64,000 nucleotides of DNA, taken from NCBI GenBank assembly GCA_030390025.1, contig JASTWF010000343.1:434001-498000 (forward strand), written 5' to 3'. The first letter of the stretch is position 1. Every line of letters starts with the position of its first letter. The position numbers were made by a program, and so were the translations under genes. This document shows, one piece after another, positions 11,151-23,049 of the stretch. The notes beneath the pieces are model-generated. The model worked only from the letters and a program-made list of their open reading frames with translations, ran no database searches and had not been told where the DNA came from. The DNA comes from Squalus acanthias (taxonomy: Eukaryota).

Positions 11151-12715
11151 TAGAATCATAGAATGGTTACAGCACAGAAGGTGACCATTCGGCCTGTTAA
11201 GCCCGTGCCGGCTCTCTGCAAGAACATTTCAGCTAGTCCCACTCCCCCACCCTTCCCTCGTAGCCCTGCAAATATTTGTCCTTCAGATACTGATCCAATT
11301 CCCTTTTGAAAGCCACGTTTGAATCTGCCTCCACCACCCTTTCAGGCAGTGCATTCCCGATCCTAACCACTCACTGCGTAAAAAGTTTTTCTCCATGTCA
11401 CCTTTGGTTCTTCTGCCAATCACCTTAAATCTGTGTCCTCTGGTTCTCGACCATTCCGCCAATGAGAACAGTTTCTCTCTATCTACTCTGTCCAGACCCC
11501 TCATGATTTTGAACACCTCTATCAGATCTCCTCTCAACCTTCTCTGCTCCAAGGAGAACAACCTCAGCTTCTCCACTCTATCAACGTAACTGAAGTCCCT
11601 CATTCCTGGAATCATTCTCGTAAATCTTTTCTGCACCATCTCTAAGGCCTTCACATCCTTCCTGAAGTGTGGTTCCCAGAATTGGACACAGTACTCCAGT
11701 TGGGGCCGAACCAGTGTTTCATCATCATTTCCACACTTTTGTACTCTATACCTCTGTTTATTAAGTCCAGGGTCACGTAAGCCTTTTAACTGCTTTCTCA
11801 ACCTGCCCTGCCACCTTCAAGGATTTGTGCACACATACCCCTAGGTCTCTCTGTTCGTGCACCCACTTTAGGATTGTACCATTTAGTTTACATGTCCTCT
11901 CCTCATTCTTTCCTCCAAAATGTATCACTTCACACTTTTCTGCGTTAAATTTCATCTGCCACGTGTCCGCCCATTTCACCAGCCTGTCTATGTCTTCCTG
12001 AAGTCTATCACTCTCCTCCTCACTGTTCACTATACTTCCAAGTTTTGTGTCATCTGCAAATTTTGAAATTGTGCGCTGTACACCCATGTCCAAGTCATTA
12101 ATATATATCAAGGAAAGCAGTGGTCCTAGAACTGACCCCTGGGGAGCACCACTGTACACCATCCTCCAGTCAAAAAAACAACCGTTCACCACTACTCTCT
12201 GTTTCCTGTCACTTAGCCAATTTCGTATCCAAGCTGCCACTGTTCCTTTTATTCCATGGGCTTCAACTTTACTGGCAAGCCTATAATGTGGCACTTTATC
12301 AAACGCCTTTTGGAAATCCATGTACACCACATCAACCACATTACCCTCATGATAAAACTTGATCAAGTTGGTTGAACACGATTTGCCTTTAACAAATCCG
12401 TGCTGGCTTTCCTTAATTAATCCACACCTATCCAAGTGACTATTAATGTTGTCCCTGATTTCTGTTTCTAAAAGCTTCCCCACGACCGCGGTTAAACTGA
12501 CTGGCCTGTAGTTGCTGGGTTTATCCTTGCATCCTTTTTTGAACAATGGTGTAACATTTGCAATTCTCCAGTCCTCTGGCACCACCCCCGTATGCAAGGA
12601 GGATTGGAATATTATGGCCAGTACCTCCGCGATTTCCTCCCTCAATTCCCTCAGCATCCTAGGATGCATCCCATCCACTCCTGGTGATTTATCTACTTTA
12701 AGTACAGCCAGTCTT
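11151..12715 (-). mobile_element. CR1 LINE, 5'-truncated RT region
   Basis: NYRPVSLT, DFQKAFD, PQGSVLGP, FADD motifs; frameshift near 11780; tail TAGAATCATAGAA. Confidence 0.95.
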
Positions 12716-15426
12716 TAGAATACATAGAAACATAGTAAAATAGGAACAGGAGTGGGCCATTCGGCCCTTCGAGCCTGCTCCGCCATTCAATATGATCATG
12801 GCTGATCCTCTATCTCAATACCATCATCCCGCTTTCTCCCCATACCCCTTGATGCCTTTTGTGTCTAGAAAGCTATCTATCTCCTTCTTATATATGTTCA
12901 GTGACTTGGCCTCCACAGCCTTCTGTGGCAGAGAATTCCACAGGTTCACCACCCTCTGAGTGAAGAAATTTCTCCTCATCTCAGTCCTAAATGTCCTACC
13001 CCGTATCCGGAGACTGTGACCCCTCATTCTAGATTCCCCAGCCAGGGGAAACATCCTCTCTGCATCCAGTCTGTCTAGCCCTGTCAGACTTTTATACATT
13101 TCAACGAGATCCCCTCTCATTCTTCTAAACTCTAGTGAATACAGGCCTAGTTGACAATGCCATGTATTTGCCCACTCACTCAGTTTGTCTAAATCGCCTT
13201 GAAGCCTCTTTGCATCCTCCTCACAACTCACAATCCCACCTAGTTTTGTGTCGTCAGCAAACTTGGAAATATTACATTTGGTTCCCTCATCCAAATTATT
13301 GATATATATTGTGAATAGCTGGGGCCCAAGCACTGATCCTTGCAGTACCCCACTAGTCACAGCCTGCCACCCCGAAAAAGACCCATTTATTCCAACTCTC
13401 TGTTTCCTGTCTGTTAACCAATTTTCAATCCATGCCAGTATATTACCCCCCAATCCCATGTGCTTTAATTTTGCACACTAACCTCTTATGTGGGACTTTA
13501 TCAAAGGCCTTCTGAAAATCCAAATACACCACATCCACTGGTTCTCCCTTATCTATTCTACCAGTTACATCCTCAAAAAACTCCAGTAGGTTTGTCAAAC
13601 ACGATTTCCCTTTCATAAATCCATGTTGAATTTGTCTAATCCCTTTGATATTTTCTAAGTGTCCTGTTATCACATCCTTTATAGACTCTAGCATTTTTCC
13701 TGCTACTGATGTTAGGCTAACCTGTAGTTGTAGTTCCCTGTTTTCTCTCTCCCTCCTTTTTTAAATAGAGGGGTTACATTTGCTACCCTCCAATCTGCAG
13801 GAACTGTTCCATAATCTATAGAATTTTGGAAGTTGACAACCAATGCATCCACTAATTCCCTGGCTACCTGTTTTAGTACTCTGGGATGCAGATTATCAGG
13901 CCCTGGGGATTTATCAGCTTTCAGTCCCATGAATTTCTCCAGCACTATTTTTTTTACTAATACTAATTTCCTTTAATTCCTCCTTCTCACTAGACACTTG
14001 GTTCCATAGCATTTCTGGGAAGTTATTTGTGTCCTCTTCCATAAAGACAGAACCAAAGTATTTGTTTAATTGCTCTGTCATTTCCTTGTTCCCCATTATA
14101 AATTCTCCTGTTTCTGACTGTAAAGGACCTACATTTGTCTTCATTAATCTTTTTCTTTTTACATACTTGTAGAAGCTTTTACAGTCCGCTTTTATGTTCC
14201 TTGCAAGTTTACTCTCACACTCTATTTTTCCCCTCTTAATCCATCTCTTGGTCCTTTTTTGCTGACCTCTGAACTGTTCCCAATCCTCATGCTTGCTACT
14301 TTTTCTGGAAACTTTATTTGACTCCTCTTTGGATCGAATATTATCCATAATTTATTTTGTTAGCCGCTTTTCCTTTTGTGATTTTGCACCAGAAAGGAAT
14401 GTATAAGTGTTGCAATTCATGCATTCGTTCCTTAAATGTTAGCCATTGCCTATCCACTGTCATGCCTTTTAATGAAGCTCCCCAATCTATCATAGTCAAC
14501 TCACTGCTCATACCTTCGTAGTTTCCTTTGTTTAGATTTAGGACCCTGGTTTCGGATTGGACTTCTTCACTTTCCATCTTAATGAAGAATTCTATCATGT
14601 TATGGTCACTCTTCCCTAAAGGACCCCGCACAACAAGATTATTAATGAACCCCTTCTCATTACGCAATACCCAATCTAGGATAACCTGTTCCCTAGTTGG
14701 CTCCTCAACGTACTGGTCTAAAAAAACATCTCGTACACATTCCAGGAATTCATCCTCCACAGTATTATTGCTAATTTGGTTTGGCCAGTCTATATGTAGA
14801 TTAAAGTCACCCATGATTACTGTAGTACCCTTGTTACTTGCGTCTCTAATTTCCTGTTTGATGCCATCCCCTACATTACCACTACTGTTTGGAGGCCTAT
14901 AGACAACTCCCTCCAATGTTTTCTGCCCTTTGGTGCTTCTTAGCTCCACCCAGACTGATTCTACATCTTGATTTTCTGAGCCAATATACTTTCTCACTAT
15001 TGCTCTGATTTCATCCTTTACTAACAAGGCCACCCCACCTCCTTTTCCTTTTTGCCTGTCCTTCCTAAATTTCGAATATCCTTGGATATTCAGCTCCCAG
15101 CCTTGGTAACCCTGCAGCCATGTCTCCGTAATTGCAATTATATTGTATCCGTTTACATCTATTTGTGCTGTTACTTCGTCTACCTTATTATGAATGCTTC
15201 GTGCATCCAGATACAGTGCCTTTAGATTTGTCTTTTTAACATTTTTAGATATCTTAACATTTTTTTGTACTATGGCACTATTTGTCTTATTTGCATTTTT
15301 TCTTACCCGGACCCTATTTGTTAGTGCACTCCTTTGTTTGTAGGCTCTGTCTCTTCCTGACACAATCTGGTTATCCTTACCCCAATCACTTTCCTGCACT
15401 GCTTCCATGTCTTTTCTCTTCAGCAT
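12716..15426 (-). mobile_element. CR1 LINE ORF2 (APE + RT), frameshifted and internally deleted
   Basis: APE ORF 14341-15426 and RT fragments 12824-14348; own 3' tail at 12716-12745. Confidence 0.95.
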
Positions 15427-15449
15427 CTTTAGTCACTCGCTTATCTCAT

Positions 15450-15830
15450 CCATTCCCACATAAACATGTTCATAATGGGGAGAATCCGTTCAGTGGTCTT
15501 TATGTGGAAAGAGATTCTATCGACCATCCCATTTACTGACACACCAGCACAGTCACACCCCAGAGAGACCGTTTAGATACTTCACGTGTGGGATGGGATT
15601 GACTCCGTTGTCCCACCTGTTGACACTCCAGAGTGTCCACATTGAGAACAGTTGCTGTAAATACTCTGACTGTGAGAAAAGCTTTCAAAGTTCAAAGCAG
15701 CTGATGCACGATCAGCGCATTGATACTGGAGAGAGACTGTTTCAATATCCTGTGTGTGGGAAGAAATTCACCCCACCTGCTGAGACTCCAGTAAGTTCAC
15801 ATGTGACTGCAGGGGTTTGGATTCTGTTAT
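15450..15830 (+). pseudogene. 3' fragment of ZNF pseudogene (inverted duplicate of ~4560-4980)
   Basis: ORF 15593-15919 is near-identical to 4537-4812, including the same lesions. Confidence 0.8.
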
Positions 15831-15939
15831 TAATCACATCCAGAACTGAACCATGGCAGAGTGCCCGTGCACTTGGGTTTCTGTGTGAATTATTGATGAA
15901 TTTTCTCTCAATGGGATGACAGAAACTCATTCTCCATTC

Positions 15940-16350
15940 ACTAATTGGGGCTTTCAATGTTCCCCAGCATGCCCCGCGGGGGAGAATGTGCCCCATTCAC
16001 ACTGGAGGAGCCAAGTGCGCAGGCGCAGTGCCCGCCTGTATTTGGAGCATGCGCAGTGTCAGTCTGATCAGAGCCGGGCGAGAGCTGGGAGCGGTCCGAG
16101 TTGGGAGACGCGGTTTTTGCGCCGATTACGAATCACCGGGGCGCAGAGAGGTAACGCACCCAGCGGGTGAGCTTCATAAACACCTGGTGTAGGCCGCAAG
16201 CGCCGAATGAGAACCTGCAGGTTCCGCTTTTGCAGCTCCGGTGCTTTTTCCCGGTAACAAGCCGAGGCTAAGGGCGACCATCTTTGTAAAGGAAATCATT
16301 GTCTTTGTTCGCCGCCATCTTGATTCGCGCGGCCATCTTTGTAAAGGACC
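15940..16350 (+). promoter_or_regulatory. CpG-island promoter/exon 1 of ZNF-C
   Basis: ZNF143-like TTCCCCAGCATGCCCCGCG ~15960; NRF1-like motifs 16015-16056; donor-like GAG|GTAACG 16151 and CGG|GTGAGC 16167; three CCATCTT (YY1-type) motifs at 16275-16342. Confidence 0.6.
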
Positions 16351-16384
16351 AAAACGTGGGCAAGGCCTCAGGGTCCCCTTGAGT

Positions 16385-16545
16385 CTGGAACTGAACCCAG
16401 CCAGAGTCAGCACCTTCAGGGGAGGAGACGGAGGGCAACCAGTGAGTGTAGAACTGAACCCAGCCAGAGTCAACACCTTCAGGGGAGGAGAGGGAGGGGA
16501 ACCAGTGAGTGTGGAACTGAACCCAGCCAGAGACAGCTCCTTCAG
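16385..16545. repeat. 63-bp tandem repeat (~2.5 copies) in ZNF-C intron 1
   Basis: GAACTGAACCCAGCCAGAG repeated every 63 nt; related to the 54-bp unit at 3865-4050. Confidence 0.85.
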
Positions 16546-17119
16546 AGGAGTAAGAAAAATGGATGCAGAGGAAAAAATGTTGGAGATTGTGCGATGGGTT
16601 TGGATTTCAGCACAGGGAGGAGGGAGAGTGTGTGGGACGGGGATTTAAAGCTTTTGGGGAACAAGAGAGGAAAGAATGTTACATAGAAACTAGAATTGTT
16701 TGTTCTGAATTTCTATCCTGTACTTAGTGATGACTTTTGTAAACTCCTTTTACAGGGTATTAGAAGGGGAGGATTCACAGATGAGAAACTCAAACCAAAC
16801 ATCACATCAAGATCTGACAGAGTCACTGCATTCATCAGGACCCGAATATCATCGGCCTTTGAATGCGGAAGGAGAAATGTTTGTCTGTTCTGTCTGTGGG
16901 AAAAGATTTCCAACATCAGTGTGACTGGAAAAGCACCGAGACACACACACCCGAGTGAGAGTGTTCCAGTGCACTGACTGTGGAAAGAGCTTTAACCAGT
17001 TACACAGCCTGAAAAAACATCGCACCATTCACAGCGGGGAGAAACCGTACACGTGTTCTGTGTGTGGACGAGGCTTCAACCGATCGTCCAACCTGGAGAG
17101 ACACAAGGACACCCGCACC

Positions 17120-17626
17120 ATGGAGAAACCGTGGAAATGTGGGGACTGTGGGAAGGGATTCAATAACCCATCCCAACTGGAAATTCATCAACACAATCAT
17201 ACCGGGGAGAGGCCGTTCACTTGCTCCGTGTGTGAGAAGGGATTCACTCGCTCGTCCATTCTCCAGACACATCAGCGAGTTCAGACTGACGAGAAACCAT
17301 TCAGCTGCACTCAATGTGGGAAGAGATTCAAGCAGTCATCCAACCTCATTCTACACCAGCGAGTTAACACTGGGGAGAGGCCGTTCACCTGCTCCGTGTG
17401 TGGGAAGAGATTCAGTCGGTCATCCCACTTGCTAACACACCAGCGAGTTCACACTGGGGAGAGGACGGTCACCTGCTCTGTGTGTGAGAAGGGATTTGAT
17501 CGTTCATCCAATCTGCTGTCACACCAGCGAATTCACACTGGGGAGAGGCCGTTCACCTGCTCCGTGTGTGAGAAGGGATTCAGTCTATCATGCAACCTGC
17601 TGAAACACCAGCGAGTTCACAAGTGA
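17120..17626 (+). CDS. C2H2 zinc-finger protein C (MEKPWKC..., 6 fingers, 4 canonical)
   Basis: accATGg at 17120 within ORF 16955-17626; acceptor ending 16755; the frame is open upstream to a TGA at 16922-16924. Confidence 0.75.
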   Translation: MEKPWKCGDCGKGFNNPSQLEIHQHNHTGERPFTCSVCEKGFTRSSILQTHQRVQTDEKPFSCTQCGKRFKQSSNLILHQRVNTGERPFTCSVCGKRFSRSSHLLTHQRVHTGERTVTCSVCEKGFDRSSNLLSHQRIHTGERPFTCSVCEKGFSLSCNLLKHQRVHK

Positions 17627-17819
17627 CTGCAGGGCTTGGATTCTGCTGTTAATCACATCCAGGACTGAACCATGTTCATTCTGACAGTTGGGGTTTGTTT
17701 CTGCTGATGTTAATAACCCCTATAACTGGGCTGGAGTTTAATATTCTGGATATATAGTTGATTGACTTGTCGGGGCTGCAGTGTTCGTTTAAGAACCGCT
17801 GTCTGATCTTTCCCCTTAA

Positions 17820-19405
17820 TTTCTGATGATAGTCCTTGAATTGAGTTGAGGAGCAAAAAGAGTATGATCACGCTATTGGGGGTATTGTATAGGCCTCCAA
17901 ATAGTGAGAGGGGGGTAGAGGAGCAAATCTGCAGGGAAATCGCAGAGATATACAAGAGCTATAGGGTGGTGATATTGGGGGACTTTAATTACCCAAATAT
18001 CGATTGGGATAATGCAAGGGTAAAGGGAAAGGAGGGGGAGGAATTTCTGAAATGTGTTCAGGAGAATTTCCTTCACCTGTATGTTCTTAGCCCAACAAGG
18101 AAGGAGGCAATTCTGGATCTGCTGCTGGGGAATGAGGTGGGCCAGGTCGACCAAGTGTCTGTGGGAGAACACTTGGGTACGAGTGATCACCGTATCATAA
18201 GATTTAGATTAGCAATGGAGAGGAGCAAGGAACAATCTAGAGTGGAACTTCTAAACTGGAATAGGGGTAACTTCAATGGGATGCGAAAGGATCTAGCCAG
18301 GGTAAAATGGAACCAAAGACTGACAGGAAAAACTGTAACGGAACAATGGGTGATCTTTAAGGAGGAGATGTTCCAAATACAGGTTAGGTACATTCCAACA
18401 AGAGGGAAGGGTAAGGGAACCAAAGCAAGGGCTCCTTGGATGACAAGGGAGATAGAGAAGATGATGAAACAAACAAAGAGGGTGTATGATGCATGTCAGG
18501 TGAATTCTTCACGGGAGAACCAGACCAAATACAGTAAGTTGAGGGGATGTGAAGATGAAAATAAGATTGGCAGAGAGAATGAGAGTAGAATGGCGGTTAA
18601 CATAAAAGGGAACTCAAAAGTCTTCTACCAGCATGTAAACAGTAAGTGGGTAGTAAGAGGCGGGGTGGGGCCTATTAGAGATAAAGAAGGTGATATATGC
18701 TTAGAGGCGCAGGGCAAGGCTAGAATACTCAATGAATACTTTGTATCGGTGTTTACTAAGGAGGTGGATGCTGACAAAATATCGGTGGAAGTGGAAAAGA
18801 TAGAAGCAATGGAAGGGGAGTAAATTGATAGACAGGATGTACTAGAAAGGCTGGGTATGCTTAGAGTGGACAAGTCGCTTGCATCCCAGGTTGCTAAGGG
18901 AATTGGGAGAGGACATAGTGGAAGTGCTTGCCATATTTTTCCAATCTTCCCTAGATGCGGGGGAGGTGCCTGAGGATTGGAAAGTGGCAAATGTGACACC
19001 ATTGTTCAAGAAAGGCTGTAAGGACAATCCGAGTAACTACAGGCCGGTCAGTTTAACATCAGTGGTGGGTAAGGTTTTAGAAACAATAATCAATGAAAAA
19101 CGTAATGGTCATTTAGAGAGGTTTAAGCTAATTAAGGAGAGCCAACATGGGTTTGTAAAAGGAAGATCGTGTTTGAGTAATCTAATTAAATTTTTTGATG
19201 AAGTAACAGAGAGGATTGATGAAGGGAATGCAATGGATGTTGTTTACATGGATTTTCGGAAGGCGTTTGACAAAGTACCACATAGAAGGCTGGTTAACAA
19301 AATTGAGGCTCATGGAATAGGTGGGTCAGTGGCAGCTTGGATAAGGAATTGGCTTCAGGACAGAAAGCAGCGAGTTGTGGTGAATGGCTGTTTTGCAGAC
19401 TGGAG
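17820..19405 (+). mobile_element. CR1 LINE fragment (APE to mid-RT)
   Basis: YRPPN, LGDFN, SDH in ORF 17846-18823; NYRPVSLT and DFRKAFD in ORF 18879-19421. Confidence 0.9.
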
Positions 19406-19737
19406 GATTTTCCGTTACTAACTCACACCTCAGGCCCCGCCCAGTCTGGTTTAATTGCTAAATGTTTTCTAACTCGGGTTCAGGCCTGTCATTCTGAGGG
19501 AAACTTACAAGGCCTCATTTATTGGTGTCCCACCCGAGCGGCTGTTAATGGATTTAATAAACTGGCAGCAAGGTTTTTTTTAAAAAGGTGGTAAGTGGTG
19601 AAAAACACCACTAGCGATGCCTCAAAACTCACGGACAGAGAAATCCACTTCATCAGCGCCCCTGCCACAGGACTCAATATCCACCCCCTCCACCACTGGT
19701 GCACTGTGTCTGCAGTGTGTACGGTCTACAAGATGAC

Positions 19738-21005
19738 CACGGTCAGGCCGTGTGGAGTCAAAGGTCAGGCAGCAGAATGGATGGAAAGATCGCTACAAAC
19801 TTCCCTTAACTCCAACCCTCTGATTTCTGTTTTGTAGCCATCTTTCCATCCATTCTGCTGCCTGGCCCTTCACTCCACACGGCCTGACCTTGGTCATCTT
19901 CTAGATCGTACATACTGTTATGGATAGCAAGCTGGTCAGAAAACAGAGAGCAGGGGTTAAGAGTGGCAAAAGGTGGGAAGTGGTGTTCCACAGGGATCGG
20001 TGCTGGGACCACTGTTATTCACAATTTACATAAACGATTTGGACTCGGGAATCAGAAGTATAATTTCAAAATTTGTCGATGACACCAAATTGGGAGGAAG
20101 AGTTAATATTGAGGAAGACTGTGACAACATGCAAGAAGACATTAATAAACTTGCAGAATGGGAGGGTAATTAGCAAATTATTTTTAAGAAAGGTGGTGCA
20201 TTTTGGTAGGAAGAATAAGGAGGCCTCACACTACTGGGAAAATAAGAATCTAAATGGGGTAGAAGAGCAAAGGGATCTCGGGGTCCAGATACACAAATCA
20301 CTAAAAGTAGCGACGCAGGTTAATGAGGCCATAACAGGCGCAAACAATGGACTGGGGCTCATTTATAGAGGGATAGAATTGAACAGCAGAGAAGTTATGT
20401 TAAACTTGTATAGGACATTGGTTAGACCACACTGGGAGTACTGTGCACAGTTCTGGTCACCATATTATAAAAAGGATATAGAGACACTGGAGAAGGTGGA
20501 AAAAGGCTTTGCAAGGATGATCCTAGAACTGAGAGGATATATTTATCAGGAGAGGCTGAACAGGCTGGGTCTCTTTTCTCTAGAATAAAGAGAAGGCCGA
20601 TGGGTGACCTGATCGAGGTCTTTAAGATTATGAAAAGGTTATAGAGGGTGGACCTGGAGAAAATGTTTCCACTTGTGGGGGAGTCCAAAAATACAGGTAA
20701 TAAATATAACACAGTCTCTAATAAATCCAATGGGGAATTCAAGAGAAACTTCTTTACCCAAAGAGAGGTAAGAATGTGGAACGTGCTACCACAAGGAGTA
20801 GTTGAGGTGAATAGCACAGATGCATTCATGGGGAAGGTAGATAAGCACATGAGGGAGAAAGGAATAGAAGGATATGCTAATAGGGTTCGATGAAGAGTGG
20901 TGGGAGGAGACTCGTGTGGAGCAGAAACACCGGCATTGACCAGTTGGGCCGAATGGCCTGTTCCTGTGCTGTAGACTCTGTAATTCGATGTAACTCTGTG
21001 TAACT
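19738..21005 (+). mobile_element. CR1 LINE 3' part with rearranged 5' junction
   Basis: PQGSVLGP, FVDD, RNFFTQR motifs with stops; CTGTAACT-like tail at ~20970-21005. Confidence 0.9.
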
Positions 21006-21364
21006 ATGTCCTCTGACTCCTGACACAGCTGGAAAAGCTTTTACTATTATTACCACAATTGTGCACCATCTTCCAAAAGATCTCTTAGCTTCTCTAATGG
21101 CTGCTTTTGTCTCCCTCAATTGTGGGTGATATTTGTCCCTATTCTCCTGTAAACTGAATGAATCTTGTTACAAACTGGATTCAATGTAAGACAGTTCGGG
21201 GAGTCAGGAATCATTCACCCTGAGACCTACGCTGGCCGGTGAAACCCCAGACGGTTCCTCAGTAAGGATTCCTCTGGTTCCTCACCATATATTTGTCAGG
21301 TTACTGAAACCCAGCGTTCTCACAGTCCACTCCTGGAGGCCCCACTCCCTGAGCCTACAACCTT

Positions 21365-22242
21365 CAGCAGGGTCAGTGGTGGAGTTCCAGAGCGGGAGTG
21401 ATCCCAGAGTAACTGTCGGGATCGCACCCCCGTGGATGTTCCGGGTCGTGTATTTTTAGTTATCCTGGTGTCTAACACGCACACATCAATAAAACAGGGA
21501 ATTCCTGGAAACACGCTGCAGGTCCTTCTTTATCTGGAGATCAAATGTCTGTTGTATAATTGTACCAGCAGTTAACAGGCTCCTGTGAACTCCTCCCTCT
21601 GCTATTTTAATGCAGACTTTAACCAATTTATATTTTAACCTGCCTTAAAATGATAGACTCAGGACTGTCACACAAACACGTTAAATCTTCATAGAATAAT
21701 TACCACAGTCATATTTAGACTGGAAACTTAAACCTGCCGTTTCACTTTCAGACAGGAACAGATCGCAGTTTGACACCAATCTCTGATTTGACAGCACGTT
21801 TCCAGCATTCACCGTTGTTCTTCCTGACTCTAAACACAGTTGTAAAGGAGCCTTCTGTTCCGTGCCTAGGAGCTCAGAACCATGGAAGAGAGCGGCTGGG
21901 ACACATTTCTTACAGGCCTCGAGATTAACCCACACGGGGACTTTGCTGTCAGTGAAGAGAGACGAGAAAGACCAAAGTGCCGTTTGCCCCTCTCCGTGTG
22001 GCCCTGAAGGACTGTGTCCAGGCTGAAGTTCTGTTCCCGCCGTACGATCCTCCCCCCAGATTGTCCTTTCTGAGCTCCAGCCAGGTGATGCTAAACACTC
22101 GGGTGAGAAAGACAAAAATCTACAACAATGTGTTGAAAACAAAGCTGACACATATCCAGAATATTAAACTCCAGCCTAGTTGTAGGGGTCATTAACCTCT
22201 GCAGAAATAAACCCCAACTGTCAGAATGAACATGGTTCAGTC
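21365..22242 (-). repeat. Shared ZNF 3' UTR/downstream block (copy 2)
   Basis: Direct near-copy of 1510-2400. Confidence 0.85.
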
Positions 22243-23049
22243 CTAGATGTGATTAACAGCAGCAATGACAGCAGAATCCAACCCCTGCAGTGACTTGTGA
22301 ACTCGCTGGTGTCTCAGCAGGGTGGATGACTGAGTGAATCCCTTCCCACACACGGAGCAGGTGAACGGCCTCTCTCCAGTGTGAACTGGCTGGTGTCTCA
22401 GCAGGGTGGATAACTGAGTGAATCCCTTCCCACACATGGAGCAGATGAACGGCCAATCCCCAGTGTGAGTGCGTTGGTGTACAGTGAGTTCAGATGATTG
22501 CCTGAACCCAGTCCCGCAGTGAGAGCACCTGAATGGTCTCTCGTCAGTGTGAACACGTTGATGGCACGTCAGTTCCCCAGAACTTTTATAGCACTTCCCG
22601 CAGTCCGAGCATTTAAAAGGTCTCTCGTCAGTGTGAACTCGCTGGTGTGTCAGCAGGTTGGATGAATTAGTGATTCCCGTCCCACACACGGAGCAGGTGA
22701 ACGGCCTCTCCCCGGTGTGAGTGTGTTGGTGTCTCAGCAGACCACTTTCACTTTTAAAGCTCAGCTCACACTTAGAACATTTAAAAGGTCTCTTATCAGA
22801 GTGAACAAGTTGGTGTTTCAGCAGGTTGGATGACTGACTGAATCTCTTGCCACATACGGAGCAGGTGAACGGTCTCTCCCCAGTGTGAACTCGCTGGTGT
22901 TGCAGCAGTGTGGTTGAATGAGTGAATCCCTTCCCACACACGGAGCAGGAGAACGGCCTCTCCCCGGTGTGACTGCGTCGATGAGTTTCCAGGTGGGACG
23001 GGTAACTGAATCCCTTCCCACAGTCCCCACATTTCCACGGTTTCTCCGT
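22243..23049 (-). CDS. C2H2 zinc-finger protein D (9 fingers); putative ACG start, extended C-terminus
   Basis: Open from ACG 23049-23047 (accACGg) through nine C2H2 fingers; the family stop is changed to TCA, giving [18 protein letters not shown]; acceptor at 23415-23414. Confidence 0.65.
   Translation of the reverse strand, partial: TEKPWKCGDCGKGFSYPSHLETHRRSHTGERPFSCSVCGKGFTHSTTLLQHQRVHTGERPFTCSVCGKRFSQSSNLLKHQLVHSDKRPFKCSKCELSFKSESGLLRHQHTHTGERPFTCSVCGTGITNSSNLLTHQRVHTDERPFKCSDCGKCYKSSGELTCHQRVHTDERPFRCSHCGTGFRQSSELTVHQRTHTGDWPFICSMCGKGFTQLSTLLRHQPVHTGERPFTCSVCGKGFTQSSTLLRHQRVHKSLQGLDSAVIAAVNHI

Noticed and set aside
16922..16924. Selenocysteine codon
   Set aside because: The UGA is at a DNA-contact helix position rather than a Cys ligand, and I could not identify a SECIS element; CGA->TGA decay is simpler.
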